Of a stretch of DNA of 64,000 nucleotides, positions 37,468-46,696 are shown piece after piece. The position numbers and the translations under genes were made by a program. The notes beneath the pieces are model-generated. The model was not told the DNA's origin. It saw nothing but the letters and a program-made list of their open reading frames with translations, and did not search any database. Source of the DNA: a virus (taxonomy: Duplodnaviria; Caudoviricetes). Position 1 is the stretch's first letter; each line of letters opens with the position of its first letter. The stretch lies in the IMG/VR virus record IMGVR_UViG_3300021419_000005, positions 1,380 to 65,379 of that record; one strand, given 5' to 3'.

Positions 37468-38427
37468 TCATGCTGGAGGGGAAGGGGTGGATTCGGCGCC
37501 CGGGTCACCCCAGGACGCGCGCCAGGCGGTCTGGCGACCGCGGTCGTTGAAGTGGGCTGGGTAGTGGGCGCCCACGAAGCTGGAGCCCCGTCGCTCCCAC
37601 ACCACGCCCCGGGCGGAGCGCTTCATGGCGCGGGCCCACGCGTTCACGGCGGCGATGGGCACGGACATGGGGTCGGCGACGGGGAAGGTCCGGCCGTGGA
37701 GCGCACGGCTCAGCGGGTGGTTCCGGGAGTCCATGAACTCGTCGGCCCGACGGAGGAGCGGGTCCTTCCGGTCGGGGGTGTCGAGGACGCCGGCAGCCTC
37801 TTCGAGGGAGGCCTGGTGGATGCGGTTGTAGGCCTCGCCCATCTCCATTCGGACGATGAGCTGGGCACGACCCCGGCCCTTCGCGAGGACGCCCTGGACG
37901 CCGGCGACCCGCTCCGCCATCTCGCGGTAGCTGGCCCCCCGAGCCACCCCGATGGTCAGCATGCGCTGGACGCGGTCGATGGTGTCGATGGTGTACCGCT
38001 CCAGGCTTCGGCGGTGGAGCAGGAGGGCGCCGGGCTCGCTGAGACGCTGGAGGGCACGCACTTCGATGGCGGGGCCGGCGTCGAGGAAGTCGACCTCGCC
38101 GAGCTCCACCTGCTTGAGGACCTGCTCGACAGCGAGCTCGCCCTGGGTGCGGCCGAAGTCGACGAACACCGTGTCGAGGCGCTGGCCAAGCCGACGGACA
38201 CCAGCCTCGGTCTGCCCGAGCATCACCCGCATCCGCTGGGCGGTGAACGGGATGTCGTGGGCACGTCCGGAGGCCTCGAGCTGCAGCAGCTCCTCTCGAA
38301 GCTCTCGCCGGGCCGCGTCGTAGGCGATGACCACCTGACGGGCTTGCCGGTTGGACAGGCGGTCGAGGGAGCGGCCCTGGGCTTCGAGGAGGCGCTGGAT
38401 GCGGGACTGCGACGGGGGCATGGTCAC
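37468..38427 (-). CDS. Head morphogenesis protein (SPP1 gp7/Mu gpF-like)
   Basis: RAQLIVRMEMGEAYN and YPAHFNDRG; follows the portal. Confidence 0.82.
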   Translation of the reverse strand: MTMPPSQSRIQRLLEAQGRSLDRLSNRQARQVVIAYDAARRELREELLQLEASGRAHDIPFTAQRMRVMLGQTEAGVRRLGQRLDTVFVDFGRTQGELAVEQVLKQVELGEVDFLDAGPAIEVRALQRLSEPGALLLHRRSLERYTIDTIDRVQRMLTIGVARGASYREMAERVAGVQGVLAKGRGRAQLIVRMEMGEAYNRIHQASLEEAAGVLDTPDRKDPLLRRADEFMDSRNHPLSRALHGRTFPVADPMSVPIAAVNAWARAMKRSARGVVWERRGSSFVGAHYPAHFNDRGRQTAWRASWGDPGAESTPSPPA

Positions 38428-39911
38428 TCCCCGGCGTGGTCACCGGTGTCCGCGTCGTCGTCGGGAACCGTGGTCTCAGCGAAGAGCGGCCCGGTCTCGA
38501 CGTCGGCCTCCTCGATTTCCTTGTGGATGGCCTCCATCTGCTCGGACGAGGCATCCGGGAGGACGCGCTCGGCTTGGCGGCGGGCGACCACACGGCGGAA
38601 CGTCGGAGAGAGCTGGTGGGCCTCGGTGGCCAGCGCAGCGGACTCCAGCCAGGCCATGATGTCTTCCTGGTGCCAGCCGTCGAGGCCGCTCACCTGGATG
38701 TCGCCGGGGTCCCCGCGGAGGCCCGCGATGAGGCGCAGCACGTCGCGCATGGCGTCGAGGACGAGGCCAGCGAACGCCGCGAGCATCACCTCGGCAGCCC
38801 GCCAGTCCGCGTTCTTCGACTCGCCGGACATCCGTGCGCGGGTGGAGTCGCTCGAGGCGGCCTGTGCCATCTGGGAGACCACACGGTGGAGGTCGTCGCG
38901 GAGGCGCTCGACCTGCTTCTCCAGGTGCTCGAAGGCGACTCCGGAGGGAGCGACGAAGTAGACCTCGTCCCGGCCGTTCTTGTCTCGCTCGGTCTTCATG
39001 AAGTGGCCGTGGCCGAGGGCACCGATGCCCTTCTCCGCCCACTTCGAAGCGACAACCAGCAGCTCGTTGGCCGCCTGGTGCAGCGCCCAGTGGAGGTCGT
39101 TCTCGGAGCGGGTGAGCGCGATGGCCGGGTCTTCGAGGCGGCCCATGGGCCACAGCAGGATGGGCAGCTCCAGCCGGAAGACCGGGAGGGAGCCCATGTT
39201 GTGCGGCGCCTTGAGGACCTCGGTAGCCTCGTCGTCTCGGCCGGGCTCCGACTTCTGCTCCGTGGCCGTCCACTCCCAACGCTGGATGAGCGTGCCGGTC
39301 ACGTAGGTCCACCGGAACACCTTCTTCCGGGCCTCACCCACCCCACCGCGCTTGCTCACGACGTCGTGGATGACCACCCAGGCGAGTCGGCCGGAGTCAT
39401 CCTCACCCCAGTCGATGACCTGGTCGCCCGAGAGGCCGACGAGGAACGCATCGAGGAAGCCGCCGGTCAGCTCAGCCTGGAGGTTGCCTGGCTTCTGGAC
39501 CTCTTCGCCTTCCTTCGCCACGGGGCGACGGGGGAGGTTCACCCACACCCAGGACTTCCGCTGGACGAGCGCGTCGAGGAAGCGGGCGCGCCAGAACTCA
39601 GCCCAGGACGAGCCCTGCCGGTCGACGTCCTCGAAGAAGCGAGTGTAGAACTCGCCTTCGAGACCGGCGACGCTCGGTGCCTCCGAGAAGAGCATCGAGG
39701 CCATCGACCCGATGATGTTGCCCGTGTAGTTGATGTAGTGGGCCAGCTCGAGGCGCTCTTGGCGTACGTCCGAAGGCTCCATCTTCCGCATGGGGAACCA
39801 GCTGGCTTTCAGGCCGTCCCACGCGGCCCCACCATCGTGGAGGGCCTGCATCCGGGCGAGTCGCTCGCCGTCGTAGGACGGGTGGCGCTGGTTCAGGACT
39901 CCGACCCTCAC
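38424..39911 (-). CDS. Portal protein
   Basis: 495 aa after TerL; ERLELAHYINYT, QVIDW, HNMGSLPV and SGESK. Confidence 0.85.
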   Translation of the reverse strand: MRVGVLNQRHPSYDGERLARMQALHDGGAAWDGLKASWFPMRKMEPSDVRQERLELAHYINYTGNIIGSMASMLFSEAPSVAGLEGEFYTRFFEDVDRQGSSWAEFWRARFLDALVQRKSWVWVNLPRRPVAKEGEEVQKPGNLQAELTGGFLDAFLVGLSGDQVIDWGEDDSGRLAWVVIHDVVSKRGGVGEARKKVFRWTYVTGTLIQRWEWTATEQKSEPGRDDEATEVLKAPHNMGSLPVFRLELPILLWPMGRLEDPAIALTRSENDLHWALHQAANELLVVASKWAEKGIGALGHGHFMKTERDKNGRDEVYFVAPSGVAFEHLEKQVERLRDDLHRVVSQMAQAASSDSTRARMSGESKNADWRAAEVMLAAFAGLVLDAMRDVLRLIAGLRGDPGDIQVSGLDGWHQEDIMAWLESAALATEAHQLSPTFRRVVARRQAERVLPDASSEQMEAIHKEIEEADVETGPLFAETTVPDDDADTGDHAGE

Positions 39912-41581
39912 CGAACACCTTCCTGGTTGACCATGTGGGGCCCACGGCCACCGATGCGAGCGACGCCACCTTCGACGGCGTCGGGGCCGTCGTCGTGGTC
40001 GCCGTTGGGGAAGTCGTCGAATTGCGCCAGGACCGGCTGGGGGATGGCGCTGTTGAAGAGGAGCCAGCCGTTCGCCGCCGACACCTCGAGGCCGGCGATG
40101 CGGTCCTCCTTGTTGGTCGTCGACGGGTCCAGCTCGAGGGCCAGCTGGAAGAACCGGCCCTCGGCCTCACGCTTGGCGCGCTGGCGCCGGAACTCGTTGT
40201 CGAGGAGCTTCTGGAAGCCGTTGCTCTCCAGGCTGCCGCGCTGGATGCCGAAGCGCTCGGCCTCGGCCCACACAGCTGCGAGCTGGCCCGTCGGGCGGGC
40301 TCGCCGCATCCAGACCGCGAGCACGTAGGTGTACCCGAGCCGGTCGCGGGCCACGCAGGCGACCGCGGCGTAGTCGGAGCCACTGCCCCCCATCGAGGGG
40401 TCCCACCGCAGGTACCGGCGGGTCTCCGAGAGCTTGACCTCTCGGCGCCGTCCCTGTTCGTCCGCGACGGTGACGATGACGAGCTCGCCATGTCGCTCGA
40501 CGAGGTCGAAGCGGCGGAATCGTTCCGAGACGAAGAGCTGGTCGTCCGGGTTCCGCGGGTCGTTCTGTCGCTCCCGCATGAAGGAGCGCAGGCCGTTCGA
40601 CCAGATCTCCAGGTACAGATTGAACAGTGGGGCTGCGACCTCGTCGAGGACTTCCGCCCCCGCGTCCATCTCCTCGCGGTTGGCCTCGTAGAAGGCGCGG
40701 ACGCAGGCTCGGCGGACAGGCTCGTCGCCGAGCTCGAGGTCCAGGTAGATTCGACGGGCTCGGTCCCACAGGTCGGTGCGGTCAGGCCAGCTGACGATGG
40801 CCTGGTACTTCTTGCCCACCCAGGCCGCGGCCTTGAGCAGACGGGCCAGGACCGCATCCGAGTGGAGGACGGTCCCGTTCCAGTCGAGCACCAGCTGGGG
40901 CTTGTTCGGCCCCGCCTTGATGATGTCGTCCTGGAGGAAGCGGTGCCACAGGTTCCGCTGGTCCGCGCTCCGGACTCGGTCGGGGCGCTCGCCGTCGTCC
41001 ACCACCATGCGGGTGGGGCGGATGGCGTCGATGTTGCAGCCGCGGACCTGGCTGTTGAAGCTTTTCGCGATGAGACCGAAGAGCGGGAGCCCCGGACCGG
41101 CACCCTGCCACTGCTTCACGCCGCCTCTCACCTCGAAGGGCCCGAAGAGGCGCCAAAGCTCGCCGGTCTCGTCGTCAAACCAGGACCGGATGTGCTTCGA
41201 GATGGACTCCGCAAGGCCCTGTTCAGCTGAGACGACCAACGCGACGCGGTCCAGCCCGTAGACGAGGGCGTGGGCGACGATGGCCTTGGCGGTCGTGGTC
41301 TTCGCGATGCCCCGGGGAGCGGCGGTCACCCGGAAGGTGTTGGCCGTCCGCTCATGCCAGGGAGGGTCGACCCTGCCCAGGACGTCCCGGTGGAACGCAT
41401 TCCATGGCAGCCCGAACACATCCGGCCAGCACCACTTGGCGAAGAAGCCGATGTCGTAGCGGCCTCGCGCACGGATGAGGTCATCCTTCAGCTGCGGATC
41501 CGCTTCCATCCAGAGCCGCTCGAACTCGGTCGGAGGCAGATCCCGAACGCGGGCCGCCTGCTGCTCCCATGCTGTCGCCAT
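39908..41581 (-). CDS. terL: Terminase large subunit
   Basis: Walker A APRGIAKTT, Walker B MVVDD, and nuclease motifs WDPS, ESNGFQ and HDDGPDA. Confidence 0.93.
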   Translation of the reverse strand: MATAWEQQAARVRDLPPTEFERLWMEADPQLKDDLIRARGRYDIGFFAKWCWPDVFGLPWNAFHRDVLGRVDPPWHERTANTFRVTAAPRGIAKTTTAKAIVAHALVYGLDRVALVVSAEQGLAESISKHIRSWFDDETGELWRLFGPFEVRGGVKQWQGAGPGLPLFGLIAKSFNSQVRGCNIDAIRPTRMVVDDGERPDRVRSADQRNLWHRFLQDDIIKAGPNKPQLVLDWNGTVLHSDAVLARLLKAAAWVGKKYQAIVSWPDRTDLWDRARRIYLDLELGDEPVRRACVRAFYEANREEMDAGAEVLDEVAAPLFNLYLEIWSNGLRSFMRERQNDPRNPDDQLFVSERFRRFDLVERHGELVIVTVADEQGRRREVKLSETRRYLRWDPSMGGSGSDYAAVACVARDRLGYTYVLAVWMRRARPTGQLAAVWAEAERFGIQRGSLESNGFQKLLDNEFRRQRAKREAEGRFFQLALELDPSTTNKEDRIAGLEVSAANGWLLFNSAIPQPVLAQFDDFPNGDHDDGPDAVEGGVARIGGRGPHMVNQEGVR

Positions 41582-42164
41582 TGATCTTGTCCTCGAAGGC
41601 CAGGATGTCGGGGCACTTGTCGATGAGGATGCCCAGGGCGACCGAGGCCTCCTTGGCGCCTCGTGGGGACCAGTGGAGCAGCCTCAGGGCCTTGATGATG
41701 TCGATGCGCTCACCCTCGCCGAAGTCGCTGGCGAGGACCAGCTCCTCCAGGGTCACCATCGGTTCGTCGAGGTCACCGGAGAGGTAGGCGAGGAGCCGGT
41801 TCACTGATCGGCGGAGCATCGTCCGGGCTTCGACGTCCATCGACGACGCGGAGAGGACGGCTCGGGAGCCGCTCGGGACGAAGCGCGGAACCACTGGTTC
41901 TTTGGGTCGCACCCCCGCATCTGGCGAGGGGGGTGCACCCCGTTCGGATGCCGCGGGCGTGGTGGTCTTGGTGGGGTGCACCCCACCCGGAGCCAGGGGG
42001 GTGCACCCCATGGCTTCCGCGGCCTGTTTGGCGCGGCGCTTCCAGGCCTTGACCGTGTTGACCTTCAGGTCGAAGTGCTTCGCCGCGGCTCGGTAGCCTC
42101 GGCCGTGCTCCTCCATCCACGCAAGGACTTCCTGTCGAGAGGCTTGGACGGGCTTGGTCGCCAT
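41481..42164 (-). CDS. terS: Probable terminase small subunit
   Basis: N-terminal HTH (GYRAAAKHFDLKVNTVKAWKRR), GILIDK motif and GAGGA RBS; directly upstream of TerL. Confidence 0.75.
   Translation of the reverse strand: MATKPVQASRQEVLAWMEEHGRGYRAAAKHFDLKVNTVKAWKRRAKQAAEAMGCTPLAPGGVHPTKTTTPAASERGAPPSPDAGVRPKEPVVPRFVPSGSRAVLSASSMDVEARTMLRRSVNRLLAYLSGDLDEPMVTLEELVLASDFGEGERIDIIKALRLLHWSPRGAKEASVALGILIDKCPDILAFEDKINGDSMGAAGGPRSGSASDRVRAALDGSGSAAEG
41930..42009. repeat. Three copies of the palindrome GGGGTGCACCCC within terS (candidate pac region)
   Basis: Copies at 41930-41941, 41973-41984 and 41998-42009. Confidence 0.7.
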
Positions 42165-42204
42165 GGTCCTCCTCTCAGCACCTCCGGAGCTGCCCGCAGA
42201 GCAG

Positions 42205-42231
42205 AAAAGCCCGCGGGGATGCCGCGGGCTT
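42205..42231 (-). terminator. Intrinsic terminator upstream of terS
   Basis: AAGCCCGCGG-N5-CCGCGGGCTT running into TTTT on the minus strand. Confidence 0.65.
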
Positions 42232-42273
42232 CACGTTGGAGGGCGCTTCTCTCGCACCCCTCCACCTGCCAAT

Positions 42274-42302
42274 TCACTACCTGGTTCTTGCGCAAACCGC
42301 AA
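42274..42302 (-). promoter_or_regulatory. Candidate sigma70-type late promoter
   Basis: TTGCGG-N17-TAGTGA on the minus strand, upstream of the terminator and terS. Confidence 0.4.
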
Positions 42303-42379
42303 CACGGATTCCGAAGTTTCCCTGTGGGTCAGTTCAGAACAACCACGGCATGGACATCCTCGTGCTCCTCCAGAATCAC

Positions 42380-43672
42380 CTATCGGCTGCAGCTCGGCCC
42401 AGCGCCAGGAGTTCCGAAATCAGCCAACTGGCTTGTGGTTCCGTAGTTCCGCATGTAGTACGCGTACCCAGGACTGCTCGTTGTGCTGCACCAGTTGTAG
42501 CCCGAGTCGTTGTCGGAGCTGGTGTGCCGGGTAGCATCGAGCTCGATGCTCCAGCCGTAGTAGGAGAGGTTGACAGATGGCCACCCACCGGAGCCGTTGT
42601 AGTAGGTCGTCGAGTCAACAGACACCCCTGACGCGGCCAGCGACAGCGTTCCGGAATCCGCCAACCTCAGGCTGCTGTTGAATGTCGAGCCCAAGGCAGA
42701 GGTGCTGTTTACATCGCTGCCGTAGACGTAGTCACAGTCGCTCCCAACGTACAGGTCGCTGAAACAGAAGACGAAGCGGTCACCGGATGCCACGGAGACT
42801 GCGTCGGGCGCCACGTAGAAGCCCGCCCCCCCGAAGTCGACGAGGAATCCGTCGAGATAGGCAACGCTCCCCGACGCGTTGAACACCTCAAACCACTCGC
42901 CATCGGGCTCATGCTCGCCATGGTAGTGGATCTCGGAAAGCACGAGAGCGCCAGGTACCAGGAGGTGTTCATCCCGCACTTCGTCACAGTCATTGTCGAT
43001 CCCGTCAGCCACCTCCGATTCACCAGGATTGACGTTGGAAGCTCCATCGTCACAGTCTGTTCCGTCCGCGACGTACATTGACGGCGGAGAGCATGCCTGA
43101 ACAGTGGTGGTCGTCGTACCGTAGCCGTCACCGTCGGAATCGAGGTACCAAGTCACCACGTCCGCGGCATCGCTTTCGTCGACTGTCCCGTCACAGTCGT
43201 TGTCAGCCTCATCGCACACCTCTGTTGCATCGGGATGAACGTTGGCATCAGCATCGTCACAGTCCTCGGGTGCAGCAAACCCGTCCGAGTCTCCGTCGGC
43301 CAACGATCCGCCCGAGTCCTCCGTCAGTCCGGAGTCATCGTCCACGAGGCTTCCATCCGATTCGGAGTCGGAGTCGGTTCCGTCGGCGTTCCCGGTGTTG
43401 CCGTCGCCGCTTGAAGCTGCATCCTCCCTGCACTGGTACACACACCAGACTTCATCCACATCGGAATACTGGGCGTGCCCGCCCGACCAGCCAGCCTGCA
43501 TCTCCAGTGCTTCGTTGTGCGTCTCTGACGCCCCCACCTCGGACACTTCACCTTCACCGCAGGTTTGCACCGCGAGTTCCGTGCATGCCTCAATCTTGTC
43601 GTTGCGGCACCCTTGGAGCAAAAGGACAGCCAACGGGGCTGCCCACAATCGGAACGCTTGGTTGTCGGTCAT
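42380..43672 (-). CDS. Lipoprotein with acidic Cys-rich putative metal-binding repeats and a lamin-tail-like domain (cargo)
   Basis: Lipobox LQGC; DCDD...HPDATEVCDEADNDCDG repeats; LVLSEIHY...GEWFEVFN. Confidence 0.85.
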   Translation of the reverse strand: MTDNQAFRLWAAPLAVLLLQGCRNDKIEACTELAVQTCGEGEVSEVGASETHNEALEMQAGWSGGHAQYSDVDEVWCVYQCREDAASSGDGNTGNADGTDSDSESDGSLVDDDSGLTEDSGGSLADGDSDGFAAPEDCDDADANVHPDATEVCDEADNDCDGTVDESDAADVVTWYLDSDGDGYGTTTTTVQACSPPSMYVADGTDCDDGASNVNPGESEVADGIDNDCDEVRDEHLLVPGALVLSEIHYHGEHEPDGEWFEVFNASGSVAYLDGFLVDFGGAGFYVAPDAVSVASGDRFVFCFSDLYVGSDCDYVYGSDVNSTSALGSTFNSSLRLADSGTLSLAASGVSVDSTTYYNGSGGWPSVNLSYYGWSIELDATRHTSSDNDSGYNWCSTTSSPGYAYYMRNYGTTSQLADFGTPGAGPSCSR

Positions 43673-43953
43673 CTATCCCCTCTCTCAGCAGCTCGGCGGA
43701 GTTGCGAATCGAACAGGGTTTCCGACGGAGGGGAATAAATCTCATTCGATGAAAAATCGCGGAATTTCGCTGCCGATCTGGCCGGACGGCCTGCACACCC
43801 CTTGAACCAGCTGCTCCTCAGCACTCTTGGCCGCAACTCGCGAGGTCTGCCAACAGAGGTTCGTACTGCCACTCTTCTGGCGCTGGGAGCGCACCCAGCA
43901 GGTGACCGAGAAACCGATTGATTCCCAGGAAGCACACGTGCCAGAGTCAGTTC

Positions 43954-44307
43954 ATGGCGAACCACCTTCAGCTGGTCTCATCGGCGGCAACGCACCTTGC
44001 TCAACCGGACGATGCTCAGGGCCCACCCCTCGGCCCGCGGGACGAGTACAGCTACAGGATGGGCCGCATTCTATTGGGTGCATTTAGTGTCGTGGTGGGC
44101 GCTTCGGCAGCAGTTGCCGCTGGACTCGTCTACGCCACTGCCACCATCGCGGCGGCTATTGGACCTGTGGGACAGACCACAGCAGTGGGGATGATGATGT
44201 GGGGGTTCAGCATCGCAACGGGCGTACTCCTATTTGGTGTGACTGTCGGGGGTATGACTTGCCTTTCACTCTTCTACTTTGTGCGGCAGACATACACGGG
44301 TGAGTAG
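43954..44307 (+). CDS. Two-TM membrane protein (cargo)
   Basis: Two long hydrophobic segments; AT-richer; on the opposite strand to its neighbours. Confidence 0.55.
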   Translation: MANHLQLVSSAATHLAQPDDAQGPPLGPRDEYSYRMGRILLGAFSVVVGASAAVAAGLVYATATIAAAIGPVGQTTAVGMMMWGFSIATGVLLFGVTVGGMTCLSLFYFVRQTYTGE

Positions 44308-44370
44308 ACCCACCAAACGGTCAAGTCTCATCGACCCCCAGCATCAACCAGAGCAGACTTCGCCAGCCCA

Positions 44371-44838
44371 TCAGCGAAGCACCCCACTCCCACGCAGGAA
44401 CCCAACGAGGAACATCTCGCCCTCGTGCACGAAGCGGCTCACCTTCGTGGTGCTCACCTTCATTTCGGTGCCGAGACGTTCCAACCCGATGCCGTCTCGA
44501 TGCCGGCGAACGACCGCGTGGTGCATGTGGCTGTCCCAGGTTTTCAGCTGCCCCAGGGCCTGCCCAATGGACACGATGGTGGCCAGTGTGTCGTCCATGT
44601 CGCCACCCGGACCGCCATCCACCCGAACCACGACCTCTTCGCCGCTCGCGGTCCGCTGAGAGCGTGGGTGGAGCCCCTCGGGCGAACTCATCTTCTCGCG
44701 AGCGAGGAAGTACCAAGCGAGCGCTCGCTTGATGCTGGACCAGGACTTGCCGCTGGTGGAGTGACGCAGCTGCGCTCGGTCTGCCGCTGCAACGAGCGCA
44801 TCGACATCAACGTCGGAGGAGGATCGGCGGGGCTTCAT
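44371..44838 (-). CDS. Probable late-gene regulator (antiterminator Q/sigma region-4-like HTH)
   Basis: C-terminal GIGLERLGTEMKVSTTKVSRFVHEGEMFLVGFL; last gene of the replication operon. Confidence 0.65.
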   Translation of the reverse strand: MKPRRSSSDVDVDALVAAADRAQLRHSTSGKSWSSIKRALAWYFLAREKMSSPEGLHPRSQRTASGEEVVVRVDGGPGGDMDDTLATIVSIGQALGQLKTWDSHMHHAVVRRHRDGIGLERLGTEMKVSTTKVSRFVHEGEMFLVGFLRGSGVLR

Positions 44839-44848
44839 AGTGGGAGTC

Positions 44849-45466
44849 TCAGCGGGCATCGGGGCCCTCCTCCGGCTCCAACGAGCCGACGGGGATGGTG
44901 GTGAGGATGTGGGCGGGACCGCCGCACCCTCGGGAGTGTTGGCAAGCCGCAGCGAGGGCGACCTGGACAGCGTTGCGGGCATCGGCAGCGCCGAGCCACG
45001 GAAGTGCTCGAGGGGACAGGCGGTCGGCGTAGAGGGCCCCCATCGCGACCTCGGCACCCGAGCCGCCCGCGGTGTAGTCCTCCTGGACCGGGTCGCACCA
45101 TCCGGAGCCGTCGACACGCCAGATGGCCCCCGGCATCGCGACGATGAGGGCGGAGTTGAGGGTCCAGCCATTCGCGTCGGTGGTCCCCTCACCCGCCTCT
45201 CGCATCGAGGTGGCCCAGTGGGACGCGACTCCGCGGAGCCAGGCCTCGTTCTTTACGGGGTCGGCGCCGGGCAGCTCGGTGGTCCTGCACGCGAGCTCGA
45301 CGAACTTCAACACGACCCGGCGGATGCCAAAGCCGCTGATGATGGCGCTACCGACCTGGTGGAGCTTCCCTGGGGACCGAAGGCGGAGGTAGCCCACCTC
45401 GGTCTCGTTGTCGGCGCCGATTGTGACGGACCCATCGACGGCCCGAGCTGCTGCGATGACCGTCAT
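44849..45466 (-). CDS. HslV/proteasome-beta-like Ntn peptidase
   Basis: Starts M-T-V-I-A (N-terminal Thr), IGAD, a downstream Lys (GKL), YTAGGSGAEVAMGAL and CGGP. Confidence 0.75.
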   Translation of the reverse strand: MTVIAAARAVDGSVTIGADNETEVGYLRLRSPGKLHQVGSAIISGFGIRRVVLKFVELACRTTELPGADPVKNEAWLRGVASHWATSMREAGEGTTDANGWTLNSALIVAMPGAIWRVDGSGWCDPVQEDYTAGGSGAEVAMGALYADRLSPRALPWLGAADARNAVQVALAAACQHSRGCGGPAHILTTIPVGSLEPEEGPDAR

Positions 45467-45702
45467 GCGACCGCCTTCGGGCAGCATCCGAGCCACCACG
45501 ACATCTGGTCCGACCACATCGCCCACCCGAGGCCACCGCCACCGAGTGGCGTGCACTGGCCCAGCTTGGTGTCGGGGTCGGCGTCGCCGTCGAGGTCCAT
45601 CACCGTGAAGTGGATGGGCCCGACCTGGCCGAGCTGGCCAGCGGCTCCGCGACGGACGTAGGTAGCCCCGAGCGAGATGACCGCATGGCGAGGGGCACCC
45701 AT
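45463..45702 (-). CDS. Hypothetical protein
   Basis: Overlaps both neighbours. Confidence 0.5.
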   Translation of the reverse strand: MGAPRHAVISLGATYVRRGAAGQLGQVGPIHFTVMDLDGDADPDTKLGQCTPLGGGGLGWAMWSDQMSWWLGCCPKAVA

Positions 45703-46058
45703 CAGGACACCCACCCGTTCTCGACGGCACACTCGCGGCGCCCGGTCTCGCGGCCCATCTCGAAGCCGGCTTCCATGCCTTCGTCGTAGGCCTCGCCCGC
45801 GGTCTTCAGGCGCCCCTGCTTGAACCCGACGCTGTGGGCGAAGTCCAGCCCCGCGTAGGCACATGCAGCAACCACCGCGAGGATGGCGACTGGCAAGGCC
45901 AGGTCCCGAACCAGCGAGGGAGTGGCCCGACCGACAGCCTTCCAGTCGGTCGAGCCGGGGGTCGCCTTTCCGCCCACCTCCCTGCATGGTTCAACCGGCA
46001 AAGCGGCCGGCGCGCTGGGGCACTTGCCCCGGGGAACGATGTGTCGGGGTGCGCTCAC
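45702..46058 (-). CDS. Single-TM hypothetical protein
   Basis: TM segment followed by GxxxG repeats. Confidence 0.6.
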   Translation of the reverse strand: MSAPRHIVPRGKCPSAPAALPVEPCREVGGKATPGSTDWKAVGRATPSLVRDLALPVAILAVVAACAYAGLDFAHSVGFKQGRLKTAGEAYDEGMEAGFEMGRETGRRECAVENGWVS

Positions 46059-46696
46059 GAGGCCCCCCGCGTCAGCCAGTCAACGAGCTTCGCCGGAGCC
46101 TTCACCTTGGGCCCGAGGTCGGTGTCGCTGGGCTGCGTTTCGGTCTTGTGAGAGCGGAGGACGATGACCTTGCCCTCGCGTTGGCCCGCCGCCCGGTACT
46201 CGCGGCACACCCTCTCAAGCACGAGGTGGGAGGGGGTCCCGTCGCTGAACCAGCCCTCGCTGGACACTCGGTCGGCGAGCTCGTCGCATGCCGCCTGCGA
46301 CACCACTGGGCCGGTGAACTGGAGCACCTGCGCGCCCACCCGAGATGTGGATGAGGGTGCAGCAGGCAGGTGGCGAGAGAGGTCCGAGGTCTTCGGCCAG
46401 CGGTGCCCACGCTCACTCACCAGGTGGGCGGAGACGGCCGCTTCGAAGTGGCCGGTGCCTCGGCTGCCGAGGAGCTGCCGCCACCGAGACACCTCCGCCC
46501 GCAGCCAGCCGTTCCAGGCGTCGAAGGCCTTCTGGGCAGCCTCGACCTCACGCTCCGGCCGGCCAGCCTGCTCGAGGGCGCTGGGCTTCGCGGTGGGTCG
46601 GTCGGGGGCGTGGTCGGGGAGGTAGACCCCGTCGTCGAGCAGCAGGCGCAAGGCCTTGTGCTCGTCCTGGGTGAACCGGAAGGTGGATGCGCTCAT
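46055..46696 (-). CDS. Hypothetical protein downstream of the replication initiator
   Basis: ATGA overlap; [10 protein letters not shown]... Confidence 0.6.
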   Translation of the reverse strand: MSASTFRFTQDEHKALRLLLDDGVYLPDHAPDRPTAKPSALEQAGRPEREVEAAQKAFDAWNGWLRAEVSRWRQLLGSRGTGHFEAAVSAHLVSERGHRWPKTSDLSRHLPAAPSSTSRVGAQVLQFTGPVVSQAACDELADRVSSEGWFSDGTPSHLVLERVCREYRAAGQREGKVIVLRSHKTETQPSDTDLGPKVKAPAKLVDWLTRGAS

